The notes below the pieces were generated by a model. It made no database searches and was not told where the DNA came from. It saw only the letters and a list, made by a program, of their open reading frames with translations. A program made the position numbers and the translations under genes. A DNA stretch of 64,000 nt. Source: Octopus bimaculoides. Taxonomy: Eukaryota. Position 1 is the stretch's first letter, and each line of letters begins with the position of its first letter. Shown piece after piece: positions 14,164 to 28,247 of the stretch. The DNA is taken from assembly GCF_001194135.2 (NCBI RefSeq), contig NC_068995.1, forward strand, positions 55,179,601 to 55,243,600. The letters are read 5' to 3'.

Positions 14164-14214
14164 AAAAATAGTTTACATCCTAAGATAACGTCAGAACTGG
14201 AAGAACGTTTGCAG
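14164..14214 (+). CDS. candidate internal exon, KNSLHPKITSELEERLQ
   Basis: acceptor tttcccacag|, donor cag|gtaagg, 51 nt, symmetrical phase 0-0, open. Confidence 0.55.
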
Positions 14215-14644
14215 GTAAGGAAAGTAGAAATGTATCGCTTATTTGATAATGATGTAAGATGTAAGGTACTCATTGGCCCTTGATACAGGATTATAATAAT
14301 TATTGCGTGAATCATAGATTTATTTAATTGAGCAACAAAATAATCGTTACGTTTTTAGAATACTGAAAATATGATATCCTCTGTAATAGAAAATTGACTA
14401 ATATCCATGACTCTCATGTAGTTCCCACAACATTCATGCTTTGTACTACCTAATTTAGTTACCATTCATTTTCAAGATTCTCAACATTGTAGCTTCCGTA
14501 CCTTAAATCAAGCATGGGTTTCAAATTTTGACACATGGCCAGCTATTTTGAGGGAGTGGGGTATGTCAAATACATGGACTACAGCTGATATTTAACAAGT
14601 TGGCTACCGAGCCTCATTTTACGTTTTATTCCAGAGTCAGATAA

Positions 14645-14682
14645 TACAGTAATACCTCGGCATATCGCGATTCACCTATTGC
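14645..14682 (+). mobile_element. possible Tigger/pogo-like TIR end
   Basis: TA followed by cagtaatacctcggcatatcgcg, resembling Tigger-type termini; partner TIR not found. Confidence 0.3.
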
Positions 14683-14699
14683 ACACGCACACGCACGCA

Positions 14700-14731
<32 letters not shown>

Positions 14732-15549
14732 CTTTCGTTCGGTTAATAATCTGTAGAAGTTACAGAATACTACAAGGACCGACAGACAGCCCGTGTCACT
14801 CCTCGTCTTCTGCTGCTCCTTAATAAAAAAAAAGCAAAACACTTAAACCCTCGAGTTTTGAGTTTAATTTTCCTGTTTGAATCGTAAAATATGTGTGCGT
14901 GCAGGTGAGTATGAGAAAGAGGAAAATGCAATATCACCTTCGGCAATCGAACATCATATCCGCTATTAATTGTATATCCGCATGTGAATGTTTCTTTTCG
15001 CATTCAGTTATATGTGTTTAGTGTAGCTTGACAGCACGTACTTGTCTACGCGTATGAATTATTAGATTTCATTTGATCATTACATAAACATCATGGTAAA
15101 ATCATAGTCCGTTTTTGATAATTGAATGGGAACCTTCTAAATACATTTATACACTCTCTGCTTTATTAAAGTATGTTTAATCTAAATTTATTAACATATA
15201 TAATTTTACACATTATTTACTTATGAATTCATATATAATTTAGTGAATGAATTTTTATTTATTCATTATTTCATTTATATAATTAGTATAATTGAATATT
15301 TTATTTATTCATTTAAAGTTATCAATATTAATTTCTATTTCATTTGGTACACGTATATACACATATAAACATTCTATACCGCATATTTGCACACAATATT
15401 AATATCAGAGTATATTACCGATTACAAAAACGATTATAAATATGTATACACTTAATTTATTTTATATTATTATATAGTCTTAGTATTATATAGTTTATAT
15501 TTAAGTACAGGGTAAAGATAATGTGCATCACCAAAATATTACACATTAC

Positions 15550-15665
15550 AGGGTCGACCTTGCCTCTCATTCTTTCGCGGTTGATGAAATGAGTTCTTGG
15601 GTTGGTGCAATCAACTTAGCCACTTCTCAAATTTCGTTGCCTTTTACCAAAATTCCAAACCATAA
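15550..15665 (+). mobile_element. degenerate SINE family A central/3' fragment
   Basis: gggtcgaccttgcctctcattctttcgcggttgatgaaatgagt aligns by eye with the reverse complement of 50860-50900. Confidence 0.65.
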
Positions 15666-15880
15666 TAAGCCCTATATAGCACTTTCAAACCCAATGCGAA
15701 TCATTAGGATATGGGGAATTCTTTTCTAATATTGAGATGGTTTCCACTCCCCCAACTCAGCTAACATTCTCTCAACTATTACTTTAATCAGCGCCATTGA
15801 TTTTTCACCGATGCTCTCAGAGATTACTCAGGAAAGGAGATATAAAAATCGTAAAATTTAGTACGAGTAGCCTGTACACA

Positions 15881-15919
<39 letters not shown>

Positions 15920-16036
15920 ATTTTTGCGTGTGTGTATGTAATAAAACAATTACGTGACCACAGGCCATCGGATGTTGTTTCACATCGATGATCACAATGC
16001 GCTTTTGCATTGTTTTAACCATCAAATGACGCCATC

Positions 16037-16721
16037 TCACTGGTTTGTCGAGCAGGCCATTATTCCCCGCTGATCGAAAGGGTCTCCAGACACTCAGAAA
16101 TGCAGACTCTGTTGAAAGAGAGTGGAAAATGTGACCCACTTAGTAATTGAATGTGGGAGCCGTGCACAAAAAGAATACAAGTGCCGCCACAATAAAGGCT
16201 CTTATGCCGTAAAATCATTGGCTCTTATGCTGTAAATACCAATATGAAGTAACAGAGAACTGGTATGAGTATGTACCAAGTAAGGTTATTCAGCAGGATG
16301 GAAAAGTAACTCTGGCACTATTATTTTCAGACGGATCGTGTAATTGAACACCGTCGGCCGCATATTGCAATATTGAATAAGAGAGACAAATACTGTCAGA
16401 TAATTGATGCAGCCATACGAAATGACATGAATGTTGTGAGTAAAGAGGTTGAAAAAAATCACCAAGGACTCCGGATTGAAAGTGGAAATGGCAAGACTGT
16501 ATGGAATGCGAGAGGTTAATGTAAAAGGGATACCAGTGGTGATTGGAGCGTTGGGCTCAATCCCATTGAAACTTCAAAACTTCTTAAGGCAACAGGAAAT
16601 CCCATGTAAGATTGATGTCTTACAAAAAGCAGCCTTATTGGGCACAGCACACATCTTCTGGAAAGTATTATCTGTCTGAGATCCTTGTTGTGACTTGACA
16701 GATGACTAAAGACTCCGGTTC

Positions 16722-16757
<36 letters not shown>
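16037..16757 (+). mobile_element. 3' end of an R4/Dong-like non-LTR retrotransposon (zinc knuckle + REL endonuclease), frameshifted, with (GTA)n tail
   Basis: Translates as SLVC..EQAI; KCRLC*KRVENVTHLVIECGSRAQKEYKCRHNK (CCHC + RH motif); QTDRVIEHRRPHIAILNKRDKYCQIIDAAI (decayed PD..D motif); IPVVIGALGSIP..LQKAALLGTAHIFWKVLSV*; then (GTA)n at 16722-16757. Confidence 0.9.
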
Positions 16758-16758
<1 letters not shown>

Positions 16759-17194
16759 TTATGACAATGGTGGTGAGCAGACAGAGACGTTAGCACGCTT
16801 TACAACGGCAATCTAAAAGGAGGTAACTAAATCTTATATTACGTAGAAAACAATAGCCTTAATTGTCATTTAATCAAGTTAAAATGCTTTACAAATTGAT
16901 CGGATGTTCCCTGCACTTTCCTACAATTGATCAATTGTGTACAAATGATGCTTTCAATAGAATATTGCCTTATTTGCATATGAGATACATATTTCAAAAT
17001 TATTGGTGTTTTAGTTGAGTGTAAGTCTTTTGTTTAGGAAGACGTTATTCACGATCAGGTGACGCGTTGAAATTGAAATATTAATCAACGAGTTGAACTA
17101 CAGAATGTTAGATATTTCCGTACATATTTTCGATGGGCGCAAAGGATATGTGTCAACAGCATCGGACGAATGTGTTTATAAACATAAAAATAGA

Positions 17195-17313
17195 TATGTG
17201 TGTGCGTGTGTGCGCGTGTATATGTATGCGTGCCTGTCTGTTTGTGTGTATTTGTGTGTGTTTGTGTGTGTGTGTATGTGTGTGTGTGTATGTGTGTGTG
17301 TCTATGTGTTTGT

Positions 17314-17351
<38 letters not shown>

Positions 17352-17365
17352 TTGCGTGCGTGTAT
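17195..17365. repeat. imperfect (GT)n microsatellite
   Basis: direct reading; source of several CV-repeat ORFs. Confidence 0.95.
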
Positions 17366-18054
17366 ATGTTCCTATGTGCTGACTTATTTAAGCACTGCTG
17401 TTTCTTGTTGTATATCTTTTTGTCGAGTTTCTTCTTATTTAAATACCAGTTTCTCCTCCGCTGCCTATCTATCTATCTTTCGACCATACATATTGTTGTA
17501 TTTTGGGGTGATCATTTTTTTCCCTTTTGCCAAATAAACACACGCAATATTTTTCCATCACTCGTTTATTACAGTTTATATTTTATTATCTTAACTTGAG
17601 TCCATTGTCCGGAAATATTTCGTCACACATCTGCTACCTCTTCAGCAACGCTTTTTGTTTTCGACTGTGTTCTTGCTCTACTTACTCGTTTCCTTATTTG
17701 AAAAAATAAATAAATAAAATGACCATCCCGAAGTACAACAATATGGGGCTACAATCAAGAGACATTGAGTTCCATTCCTTGACTGAGTGGTACGTTTTGT
17801 GTTTTCATGTTGCTGGAATTTGTTAAGCAAAAAAAAAAAGTGCATCACCTGAGTAATGATGTATCTCTCTCTATCACCTTCCAGCACTAACATCCATGCT
17901 GTCTCATGAGTGCAAACGGATATATAACTTGTTTAAATCTGATCACGACTCCATAGCTACCTAAAACGATGAGTGAAAACATGGTACATATTACTGTTAT
18001 ATTCGCTCTCTTGTGTTTGAGTAACGCATATAAAACCTAGTATTTATATCTACT

Positions 18055-18100
<46 letters not shown>

Positions 18101-19224
18101 TATCTATTACATCTACAGTATTCTAGGAACAACTTTAACGTTAACTTCATCTCGTAAGAGTTAAAACGAGAGTTTTCCTTATTTTTATATCCATACCGGA
18201 AATAAGAATTTCAAGTGAGATATATTAAATCTTTCAGCCAATCAATAGCCTACAGTTTACAGAAATACTAAGAACGATAATATTAGATATGTTTATCTCC
18301 AATATCTTATTTTGCATAGTTTTATGTAAAGTAATAATGGTTTTATTGGACGTAAGAAATTATAGACTTCCGAAAATTACGGGTCATCTGTATGGCTTTC
18401 CGATATTTTCTAATACCTACTGTATACTAGAGTGTCTACACAAAAACTACTGTAATGTCCCATGTTATTACGGCAGTTTCTAACAAATAAATTACTGTTG
18501 GTAGCTTTGTCAATTGTTTCATTCCAAACGAAAAATAAAGTTTCAAGAATGTTTGGAAAGAAGCCACAGTGAGAATGTTCTTTTAATATCTGCGGTTGCT
18601 CAATATGGAGACATTAAATTGACACTCGAGTATATGTCAATAGCACTTCTAGGAGACGTTAAACCGAAAGTTGTTAAAATGTCTTCTAATCGATGATATT
18701 CTACGTTAAATCTAAGATAAAGTAAAAGAAAAAATCCAGATGTGACTAAACGAAGAATTAATGTATTTTACTGTTTGCAAATTGGATGTCCAAGGTCATG
18801 TGAATGAACACATAAAATTGCTGATACTAAACAAATGGTGGAAATGCATGTGTTAGACACCGTGACGACGAATGGAAAATTGATGGTTGAGTATTTTCGC
18901 TTGATTCCATAATATTGAACGTGCTGAAATTTACCATCATCAAATAACAGTTGCATTTCTTGTTAGATAAGTGGTCAATTCTAAAATATTCAGGAATATG
19001 TTGTATGCATATAGCATCTAGATATCTAGTATGAACAGACTTGCAATATTAAATGTCTAGAAATTACATTTAATATGAAATGACGCCCATCTGTAGAACT
19101 CCTTCCTGTCAACGTCAGTATTGTCATCTTCAATGAACAGAATATTCAGCATTTCTTACGTATTAAGTCTACACCGTAAACATTTCTTGACAAAACACAG
19201 TGTCATCCAACCTTGATTTCGAAT

Positions 19225-19328
19225 GGTACTAGGCTTAAGAAATAAGTCGTGGAGTCGATTTGTTCGCCGAAAATCCTCAAAGTCGGTGCTCCAGCGTGGC
19301 CGTTGTCAAATCACAGAAACAATCATAA

Positions 19329-19330
<2 letters not shown>
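19225..19330 (+). mobile_element. SINE family B 3' fragment
   Basis: gtactaggcttaagaaataagtcgtggagtcgatttg..ggtgctccagcgtggccg..gtcaaat..gaaac matches the reverse complement of 24520-24625; followed by (TA)n. Confidence 0.75.
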
Positions 19331-19364
<34 letters not shown>

Positions 19365-19374
19365 NNNNNNNNNN

Positions 19375-19412
<38 letters not shown>

Positions 19413-19769
19413 TCAAAGGAATTCCAACTTTGGTTTTCACGTTGTATTTACAATCTTATAATAATATAATATATTATAATGAAATGATAGAATATGATTG
19501 AACAAGTAATTTCATGCATTAAATTGTGCAATCTTCATGTTCATATAAGAGTGGTGACATTTACGCACTATTATATGAACCTGAAGATTGGACAGTTTAT
19601 TGCATGAAAGTACTAGTTCAATCAGAATGGACATTTAATATTCTATCATTTCCTTATATTATACTATATTATATTATATTATGTTATATTATTATAAGAT
19701 TGTAAATAAAAGGTGAAAATCAAAGTTGGAATTTCCTTGATTAATATGTTCTTCTATACACAATCATAC

Positions 19770-19912
<143 letters not shown>

Positions 19913-21636
19913 TAGAAAGGTTATTGGGATTATAAATTTTGCCGTCTATATAGCTGTTCAGACAATGTAACTGAGCAAACCAAATCATTGAATTTTGAAA
20001 TCCCACTCAACTTAAATCTATTAATTAGTTTGCCTCTAGCAAGTGTCTAGATTCCCAATTGAATAAATGTTTTATTGTATATTTTCCCTTTGACAACAAA
20101 AGCTTCAAATACTACTCCTATGCAAAGATTTCCGGACGAACGTGCGTATTTGCGTCTATGGGTACCTGCGTGTGTGTATTGATTGATTTATTGCAAGATG
20201 CGCGTGCTTTGGTTTGATTTTCATGATTTACTTCTAGGTAAAAATGATATGTGTAATCACATTTCATTTCTCTAGTAATTTCGTTATGATATCAAAATAC
20301 TGGAGCACTTTCCATTGGGAATTTATTACCATTTTATTTTGCAATTCGTGTATTTTTTTCTTTTACTCTTTATCATCATTACAATACTATTTGGCCATTG
20401 AAATTGTCACAGGTAAAAAGTCACAAAAGATATTGAAACTAGCAAGGGAACTAAAAATTGTCACGTATCAAAGTCATTGAGACTACATTAAAGATTATTC
20501 AATTCCCATATTCAGCAACAGAAAGACCTCAAATTTTAGAGATGGAACCTTTAAACGTAAAATATAAAATATTTAAAGTATTATTTCCTTGAAATTTGTA
20601 TTAATTCATTATTGATAGAATATTATATCTATTTATTATCGACATTTGACACCCCCATTCCAAACGTCAAAATATATTTTTGTTCCTCTTGTCGCTATCT
20701 AACCAAAGTTTTCATTATTCTGAAGAAATCAGTATCTACGATTAATAGAAACGCATTTTTGTGATACATTTTCACACAGAGTATTTTATTTTGCTGTCTA
20801 CATAAAACCTTCGAAAACGCAATATTTTACATCTCCATTCACCTGTTATATTTTAGAAATGTCTTATCTCAAAGCTGTAAAATAAATACAAAAATTGACT
20901 GAAATACATCAAACATATACATAACAATATATAGATATGTATATTCATACATGTGTGTGCTTGTGTGTGTGTGTATGTGTGTGCATGTCTATACACACAG
21001 AGACGCACAGATAAACATATATTTTATTGTGTATATGTCAGTGTGTATGTGTGTCTCAGTTTCTCTGCATAGGCGTGTATGATTCAGAACAGAAAGACAT
21101 TAAAACATCGCATATCACATTTACGAGTTCATTTCCAAATACCACCTAAATTCTATGTTATCTAGTGAAATCCAAAATAGGTTTCCATAGCCGACTTAAG
21201 AATGAGTATGCATGAATTTTCTAGATGCAGTTGACAGATAAATGCAGTGTTCCGTTTCATTCATTAGCAATATATTATTTCAAATAGTCAAATATTGGCA
21301 TCACAAAGCCATTAACCTACTACGAAATGTGAATATCAAAACACTGGAAATTTCAGGAGGTTGTAAATGTCAGTGATAATATCAATGAGAAAAAATAATA
21401 TTGCATACATTATGAAAATTCTATTTATCTAAATAACTTGTGAATAGTTCTTCTTGATGGATAAAATGAGTCGCATATTTTACTTCATTCTGCTACTAAT
21501 AGCATGTTAGAAAAAAATACTATATTAATATGCATGAAAATGATCGCTTGCATGGTATTATATTGGTACGTGCATGTGCGAATGACACACAGATATGCAT
21601 CATATAAACATAAACATATATATGTGTGTGTGTATC

Positions 21637-21667
<31 letters not shown>

Positions 21668-21698
21668 GTATATTTATATATATACATATATAAGTAAT

Positions 21699-21767
<69 letters not shown>

Positions 21768-24514
21768 ACATATATATTGTGATTATCTCCGAGTATTTTT
21801 TTGCCTCAATGTCTCTATGTATATGTAAGCGTGTATCAACTGCGATATACTGCAGTATATAAGATACATGAAAGGACACAAAAAAATCGAAATCCAGATG
21901 ATATGCCTCGATAGGAAATGAGCTACCTCAACAATGCAGTCTAAGCTCACTCACCTAGTTTTGTCTTTATCTATTGCATATTTCATAACGCTCCTTCATC
22001 ATACAGTCCCCATTATTTTCTGTCTTTCCATAACTTCCTCCCCCTATAAATATGCTTCAGTTTATACATATACCTGCCTACATCATGCACACAAACACAC
22101 ACCCACCCATATATATATGAGTGGGAATCTGGGAATCTGTATATATATATATATATATNNNNNNNNNNNNNNNNNNNNNNNNNNNNNNNNNNNNNNNNNN
22201 NNNNNNNNNNNNNNNNNNNNNNNNNNNNNNNNNNNNNNNNNNNNNNNNNNNNNNNNNNNNNNNNNNNNNNNNNNNNNNNNNNNNNNNNNNNNNNNNNNNN
22301 NNNNNNNNNNNNNNNNNNNNNNNNNNNNNNNNNNNNNNNNNNNNNNNNNNNNNTATATGTATATATGTATATATGCACATATATATATTCATATATACAC
22401 ATATTCGCATATATATATACATATATGTATATATGTATATATGCACATATATATATTCATATAAACGTATATATGTGTATATATATATGTGTGTGTATAT
22501 ACGTGTGTTTGTACGTGTGTGTGTATATGTAAATATATATATGTATATTCATATGCATATATATATATATATATCCTGATATGCATGTGTGCAAGTTCTT
22601 GCGCTTACTGATATTGTGTTTTGTATACATACACAATTACACGCACATATATTTACATTCATGTCTTTACACATATACATATTTCATGTCATAGAATTTT
22701 GCTTTGTTGTAGAAATCACCTGTAGATCTTTATATATGACTTGCAGTTTATTGATGAATAATGAATGGGTAAAAACATATAGTATATATTTGATAATGCT
22801 TTAGATTCAAATAAGTATATCTTCAAACTATTTTTACAAAAGGACAATAGGAAAAAAAGGATGATACATAGGGAAACGTATCTTACTGCGTATATATGTG
22901 TGTGTGTTGTTGTTGTGATGTGTGTGTGTTTCTATGTGTATGTGGTGCATTTCATTTGTATTGTGACGTGTTTATTTTTCAACTTATGTAGATGTACTAA
23001 CATATATGCATGTAAATATCGAAATATTCTCTCATACATTGACATATACCTGTTTATATGCCATTGGTATCAGAAAAGCCATCTTTCATATGTTACATAT
23101 ATTCCATTTTATATCTATTATTATTTGAATTTGTGATAACTTTACCAATGTCCATTGTATATAGATTACCCTTTTTAATATATTACAAGAAATATTACCT
23201 TCAAATGAATAGTTGTCTGTATTTGTTTTAGGCTATTATAAGACATCTAACACAAATGCCTATAAACTAATGCTGTATTCGGCATTCTTTACATCATAGT
23301 CTTCATTATTAAAGAGATTTTTAATAGCAGTACCAACAATCATTTCCTACCATGTAAACGTCTAAACAACCAGTTTTATACATTTGTAAGTCAATATAAA
23401 TATAATAATGTATAAATAAATTGCTTGAAGTAACCTAATTATATAGAAGAGCGCAAACACAAAGTATTTGCAAACAAATGGAGTGATTGAGAGAGTGAGA
23501 AGAAAAGAATTCTTTGGAAATAATGTTATATTTTACATACTTTCTGCACTTTGCTGCTTTTTACACATTGAAGCCACACTGACTGTTCAAATTTACCTCT
23601 TATCTTTTTGGAGATAAACTTTAGGAAGATAATTTTGGCAGATTTTAAAATATTTTCTGTAACTGCTGGCAAACATAAAGACGACTGAAACAGGACTAAT
23701 CGGGCCGAGTACAAGGAGATTGAACTAGATATGATCTCGTGGCAGAAAGACCGATCGATATGACCACATTCGCAGAAGGGCCAGCGCTTAAATAGAGCTC
23801 ATTTTATCTATCTTGATGGGATGAATTGTCACATCTTAAACTTGGGTAAGGTCTTACCTAATCTTACTGTTTCACTTACAAATTGTAAGTTGGTTGATGT
23901 TCTTTTCTATAAACCATAGCTCATGCCGTGTGTCACTTGAGAACGTACCCACGAAGCCAAGTGAACTGTTATTGGCACACATGGGAAATTTATAATCTAG
24001 GTATAGTAACTGGATGTTTTAAGCAGTTATCAATAATTATCCACTTTCTCTTTGATTTAAAATGTGACATTGTTTTAAATATTTACAGGTACGTACGATC
24101 GATAAAGATTTACATCTTACTTTTAAAAAAAATCCGTCCAGGTAGGACATATTTAAATATTTAAAATGAAAACAGAATCTCCATGCATACGTATATTCTC
24201 CGATCTCGATCTCATATCATTAGTAGACATATATATATATATATATANNNNNNNNNNNNNNNNNNNNNNNNNNNNNNNNNNNNNNNNNNNNNNNNNNNNN
24301 NNNNNNNNNNNNNNNNNNNNNNNNNNNNNNNNNNNNNNNNNNNNNNNNNNNNNNNNNNNNNNNNNNNNNNNNNNNNNNNNNNNNNNNNNNNNNNNNNNNN
24401 NNNNNNNNNNNNNNNNNNNNNNNNNNNNNNNNNNNNNNNNNNNNNNNNNNNNNNNNNNNNNNNNNNNNNNNNNNNNNNNNNNNNNNNNNNNNNNNNNNNN
24501 NNNNNNNTATATAT

Positions 24515-24915
24515 ATTCTTTTATTCTCTTACTTGTTTCAGTCATTTGACTGTGGCCATGCGGGAGCACCGCCTTTAGTCGAGCAAATCGACCCCAGGAC
24601 GTATTCTTTGTAAGCCTAGTACTTATTGTATCGGCCCCTTTTGCCGAACCGCTAAGTTACGGGGACGTAAACACACCAGCATCGGTTGTCAAGCGATGTT
24701 GGGAGGACAAACACAGACACACAAATACACACACACACACACACATACAAATATACGACAGGCTTCTTTCAGTTTTCGTCTATCAAATACATTCACAATG
24801 TTTAGGTCGGCCCGAGGCTATAGTAGAAGACACTTGCCCAAGGTGCCACGCAGTGTGACTGAACCCAGAACCACGTGGTTCATAAGTAAGCTACTTACGA
24901 CACAGCTACCCCTAT
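24515..24915 (-). mobile_element. near full-length tRNA-derived SINE, family B, with internal (TG)n spacer
   Basis: Minus strand: A-box-like tagctgtgtcgta, B-box-like gggttcagtcac, then gcaccttgggcaagtgtc (MIR/CORE-like word), a microsatellite at 24710-24750 and a 3' module that recurs at 19225 and 63612. Confidence 0.88.
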
Positions 24916-24991
24916 ACACGTATAGATGTAAGTATGTGCATATAGCGTATGTATATCTGCATATATGTATATATTATTTATATTATATATG

Positions 24992-25042
<51 letters not shown>

Positions 25043-26470
25043 TCCTAGATGTGCAGTGTATATTTTGATACACATCTGTTTATTTATTTCTCTCTCTCTG
25101 TATCTACTCAGCTCTATCTCCTCCCTTACTTTCCACCCTTTTCTCTCTCCCTCCTCTTCCACTCTCTTTATGGGCTATGATGTATGCTTCGCCTACACAA
25201 ATGATATCTAAACGTGACTGAATGTTTTTATTGTATTATATATTTAAACAATGATACATCAATTATATCTCTTCCATACAATAAACATGAGTATTGCAAC
25301 AAGACTATCTAATTATGTTTGGCATTTACATGCATTTACATACTTATATGCAGCTCCCTTCAACATCAAGTTGTAGTACTTCATCTTTCACTGATATGAT
25401 ACTAATAACTGGTACGAACTTTTGCGTATTATTCCTGCCCGAAATGGAATTCCAACGAAATAAACGCCATAAAACTGCAAACTGCCAGCATCTGTTATTC
25501 TTCACATAATTAAGTACCACTTACAATTCTAAAAACATCATAGGAACCGAAGTTTGAATAAATTAAATATCAGTTTTCCTTTTGTACCTTAATCCGCTTC
25601 CTATTAGTATATTCTTTGATTCGGTAACCGGATTTAACTTGTTATGATACATAAAGATAAACACCGAGATAATTTCAACTCATTAAGTTTCCCTATTTAC
25701 TTCATGAAAATAATATTTTCAATCGCAAGGATCTTATTAAGACTGTACATGTTCACTCCTGGTTTATTTTTCAATAAGCAATGGGAAGCAAAACCAGAAA
25801 CTTGCACCGCAAGATTAGTAATAATTAACAGTTCTTACGCGTCACTGGCGTTGAATTTCTCTACGGGTGATAGGTATTCAGCCCTTGTGAAAGATTTCTG
25901 TTAATAACAGAAACCACCATGTAATAAGTATGTGTGTTTATGTGTGTGTTTGAGAGAGTGTGTGTGTGCGTGTGTGTCGGTTGTGCGCTGTGCGTCTATG
26001 CATTACATGCATGTATCAATATATATGCACGCACATATATATGCATTCAAACGCTTGTATCGAGAAAGTCGACTTAAAAAGTTTAAAAACAAAATTGTCA
26101 CGAATAAAATCGATTTGTGACCTTGATCACATTTTTCCAGAGACAATAAGCGGTGCCAGTTCAGAGAAATAAAACTGGAAGATAATAAAGTTTGTGCAAA
26201 ATGAACAGAAATGTCTAGAAACATCACTGAATGTTAAATGTAGCACATAAGGATAAACATTAAAACAAAATAATTTGAAATATTTCAAGTCTAAAAGAAG
26301 GATACTTCCACACACAGAGACGTGCATGCACACACACTACACACCCGCACACACTCACACACCACACACTCAAGCAAACACACACACACACATGCACACA
26401 TACATACAATGCAAACTCTGCAGTTGTCGCCATGAAATACATATCTGTTTATGTTTATCTATGCATGTAC

Positions 26471-26531
<61 letters not shown>

Positions 26532-27010
26532 CACACACGCGTGTGTAAAATTCCACAAATATATTTTGTATATATAGATCTGCATATGCATCTATATAAT
26601 TTGAAGAAATAGATTTCCTTGTCTAACATTATTTTCATGCAATATATAAAAGGTAGAAAAACAGAATACAAATCTTCGTCAGTACATTTCCTGAAGACGA
26701 TAAATATCACACGTCTCTGTAAAGATTAATTGAAAATCAAAGTCAATAATTTAAACACAAATAAATTTGAAATACTTTCTAAAGCATATCATGTAAAGGG
26801 ATCGATTCAATTCCCTTCTCAGTGAATTCTTAAATGAAATTTTTAATACTCCAAGGTTCAAAGGAAATGTTTTTAATTTTTTTGTTCCGAGAGAAATATT
26901 ACTGTTTTATATACTGTGTTAGAGACGGCGAAAAATCGATTCTACCTTGAAATGTGGTTCCTTAATACATGCTATTTCGAGAAGAGGGAGAAGATGAATT
27001 ATTTCATGAG

Positions 27011-27044
<34 letters not shown>

Positions 27045-28199
27045 NNNNNNNNNNNNNNNNNNNNNNNNNNNNNNNNNNNNNNNNNNNNNNNNNNNNNNNN
27101 NNNNNNNNNNNNNNNNNNNNNNNNNNNNNNNNNNNNNNNNNNNNNNNNNNNNNNNNNNNNNNNNNNNNNNNNNNNNNNNNNNNNNNNNNNNNNNNNNNNN
27201 NNNNNNNNNNNNNNNNNNNNNNNNNNNNNNNNNNNNNNNNNNNNNNNNNNNNNNNNNNNNNNNNNNNNNNNNNNNNNNNNNNNNNNNNNNNNNNNNNNNN
27301 NNNNNNNNNNNNNNNNNNNNNNNNNNNNNNNNNNNNNNNNNNNNNNNNNNNNNNNNNNNNNNNNNNNNNNNNNNNNNNNNNNNNNNNNNNNNNNNNNNNN
27401 NNNNNNNNNNNNNNNNNNNNNNNNNNNNNNNNNNNNNNNNNNNNNNNNNNNNNNNNNNNNNNNNNNNNNNNNNNNNNNNNNNNNNNNNNNNNNNNNNNNN
27501 NNNNNNNNNNNNNNNNNNNNNNNNNNNNNNNNNNNNNNNNNNNNNNNNNNNNNNNNNNNNNNNNNNNNNNNNNNNNNNNNNNNNNNNNNNNNNNNNNNNN
27601 NNNNNNNNNNNNNNNNNNNNNNNNNNNNNNNNNNNNNNNNNNNNNNNNNNNNNNNNNNNNNNNNNNNNNNNNNNNNNNNNNNNNNNNNNNNNNNNNNNNN
27701 NNNNNNNNNNNNNNNNNNNNNNNNNNNNNNNNNNNNNNNNNNNNNNNNNNNNNNNNNNNNNNNNNNNNNNNNNNNNNNNNNNNNNNNNNNNNNNNNNNNN
27801 NNNNNNNNNNNNNNNNNNNNNNNNNNNNNNNNNNNNNNNNNNNNNNNNNNNNNNNNNNNNNNNNNNNNNNNNNNNNNNNNNNNNNNNNNNNNNNNNNNNN
27901 NNNNNNNNNNNNNNNNNNNNNNNNNNNNNNNNNNNNNNNNNNNNNNNNNNATATATATATATATATATATATATACCTGGTTAAGTTACACCATGTCGAT
28001 TGCTTCCATGAGATTTAGGTTGCCAATTTTACAATATCAAGGTATATAATTTGCTAGGAAAATTAAAAGTATTCTAAGTCTAAATGAGTAATATATTCAC
28101 CTCTTGGTGAATATGTGTGCCTGTATTTCAAGTGTTAAATGTCAAGTGGACATGGAATTAACGTTATGTCTATGCATTAGATTTGATAGATTTGTTCAG

Positions 28200-28247
28200 G
28201 ACAAAGATTCCTGCTGCCAGACATTAGACTATTCACTATGTAAAATC
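28200..28247 (+). CDS. weak candidate exon, DKDSCCQTLDYSLCKI
   Basis: tttgttcag| ... atc|gtaagt, 48 nt, phase 0-0, open; could arise by chance. Confidence 0.2.

Noticed and set aside
17720-17790. ATG-initiated mini-exon MTIPKYNNMGLQSRDIEFHSLTE with gtg|gtacgt donor
   Set aside because: No acceptor or promoter evidence and no recognisable homology
23920-24000. AG/GT-bounded open segment HAVCHLRTYPRSQVNCYWHTWEIYNL
   Set aside because: Moderate splice sites, phase not linked to the other candidates, no homology
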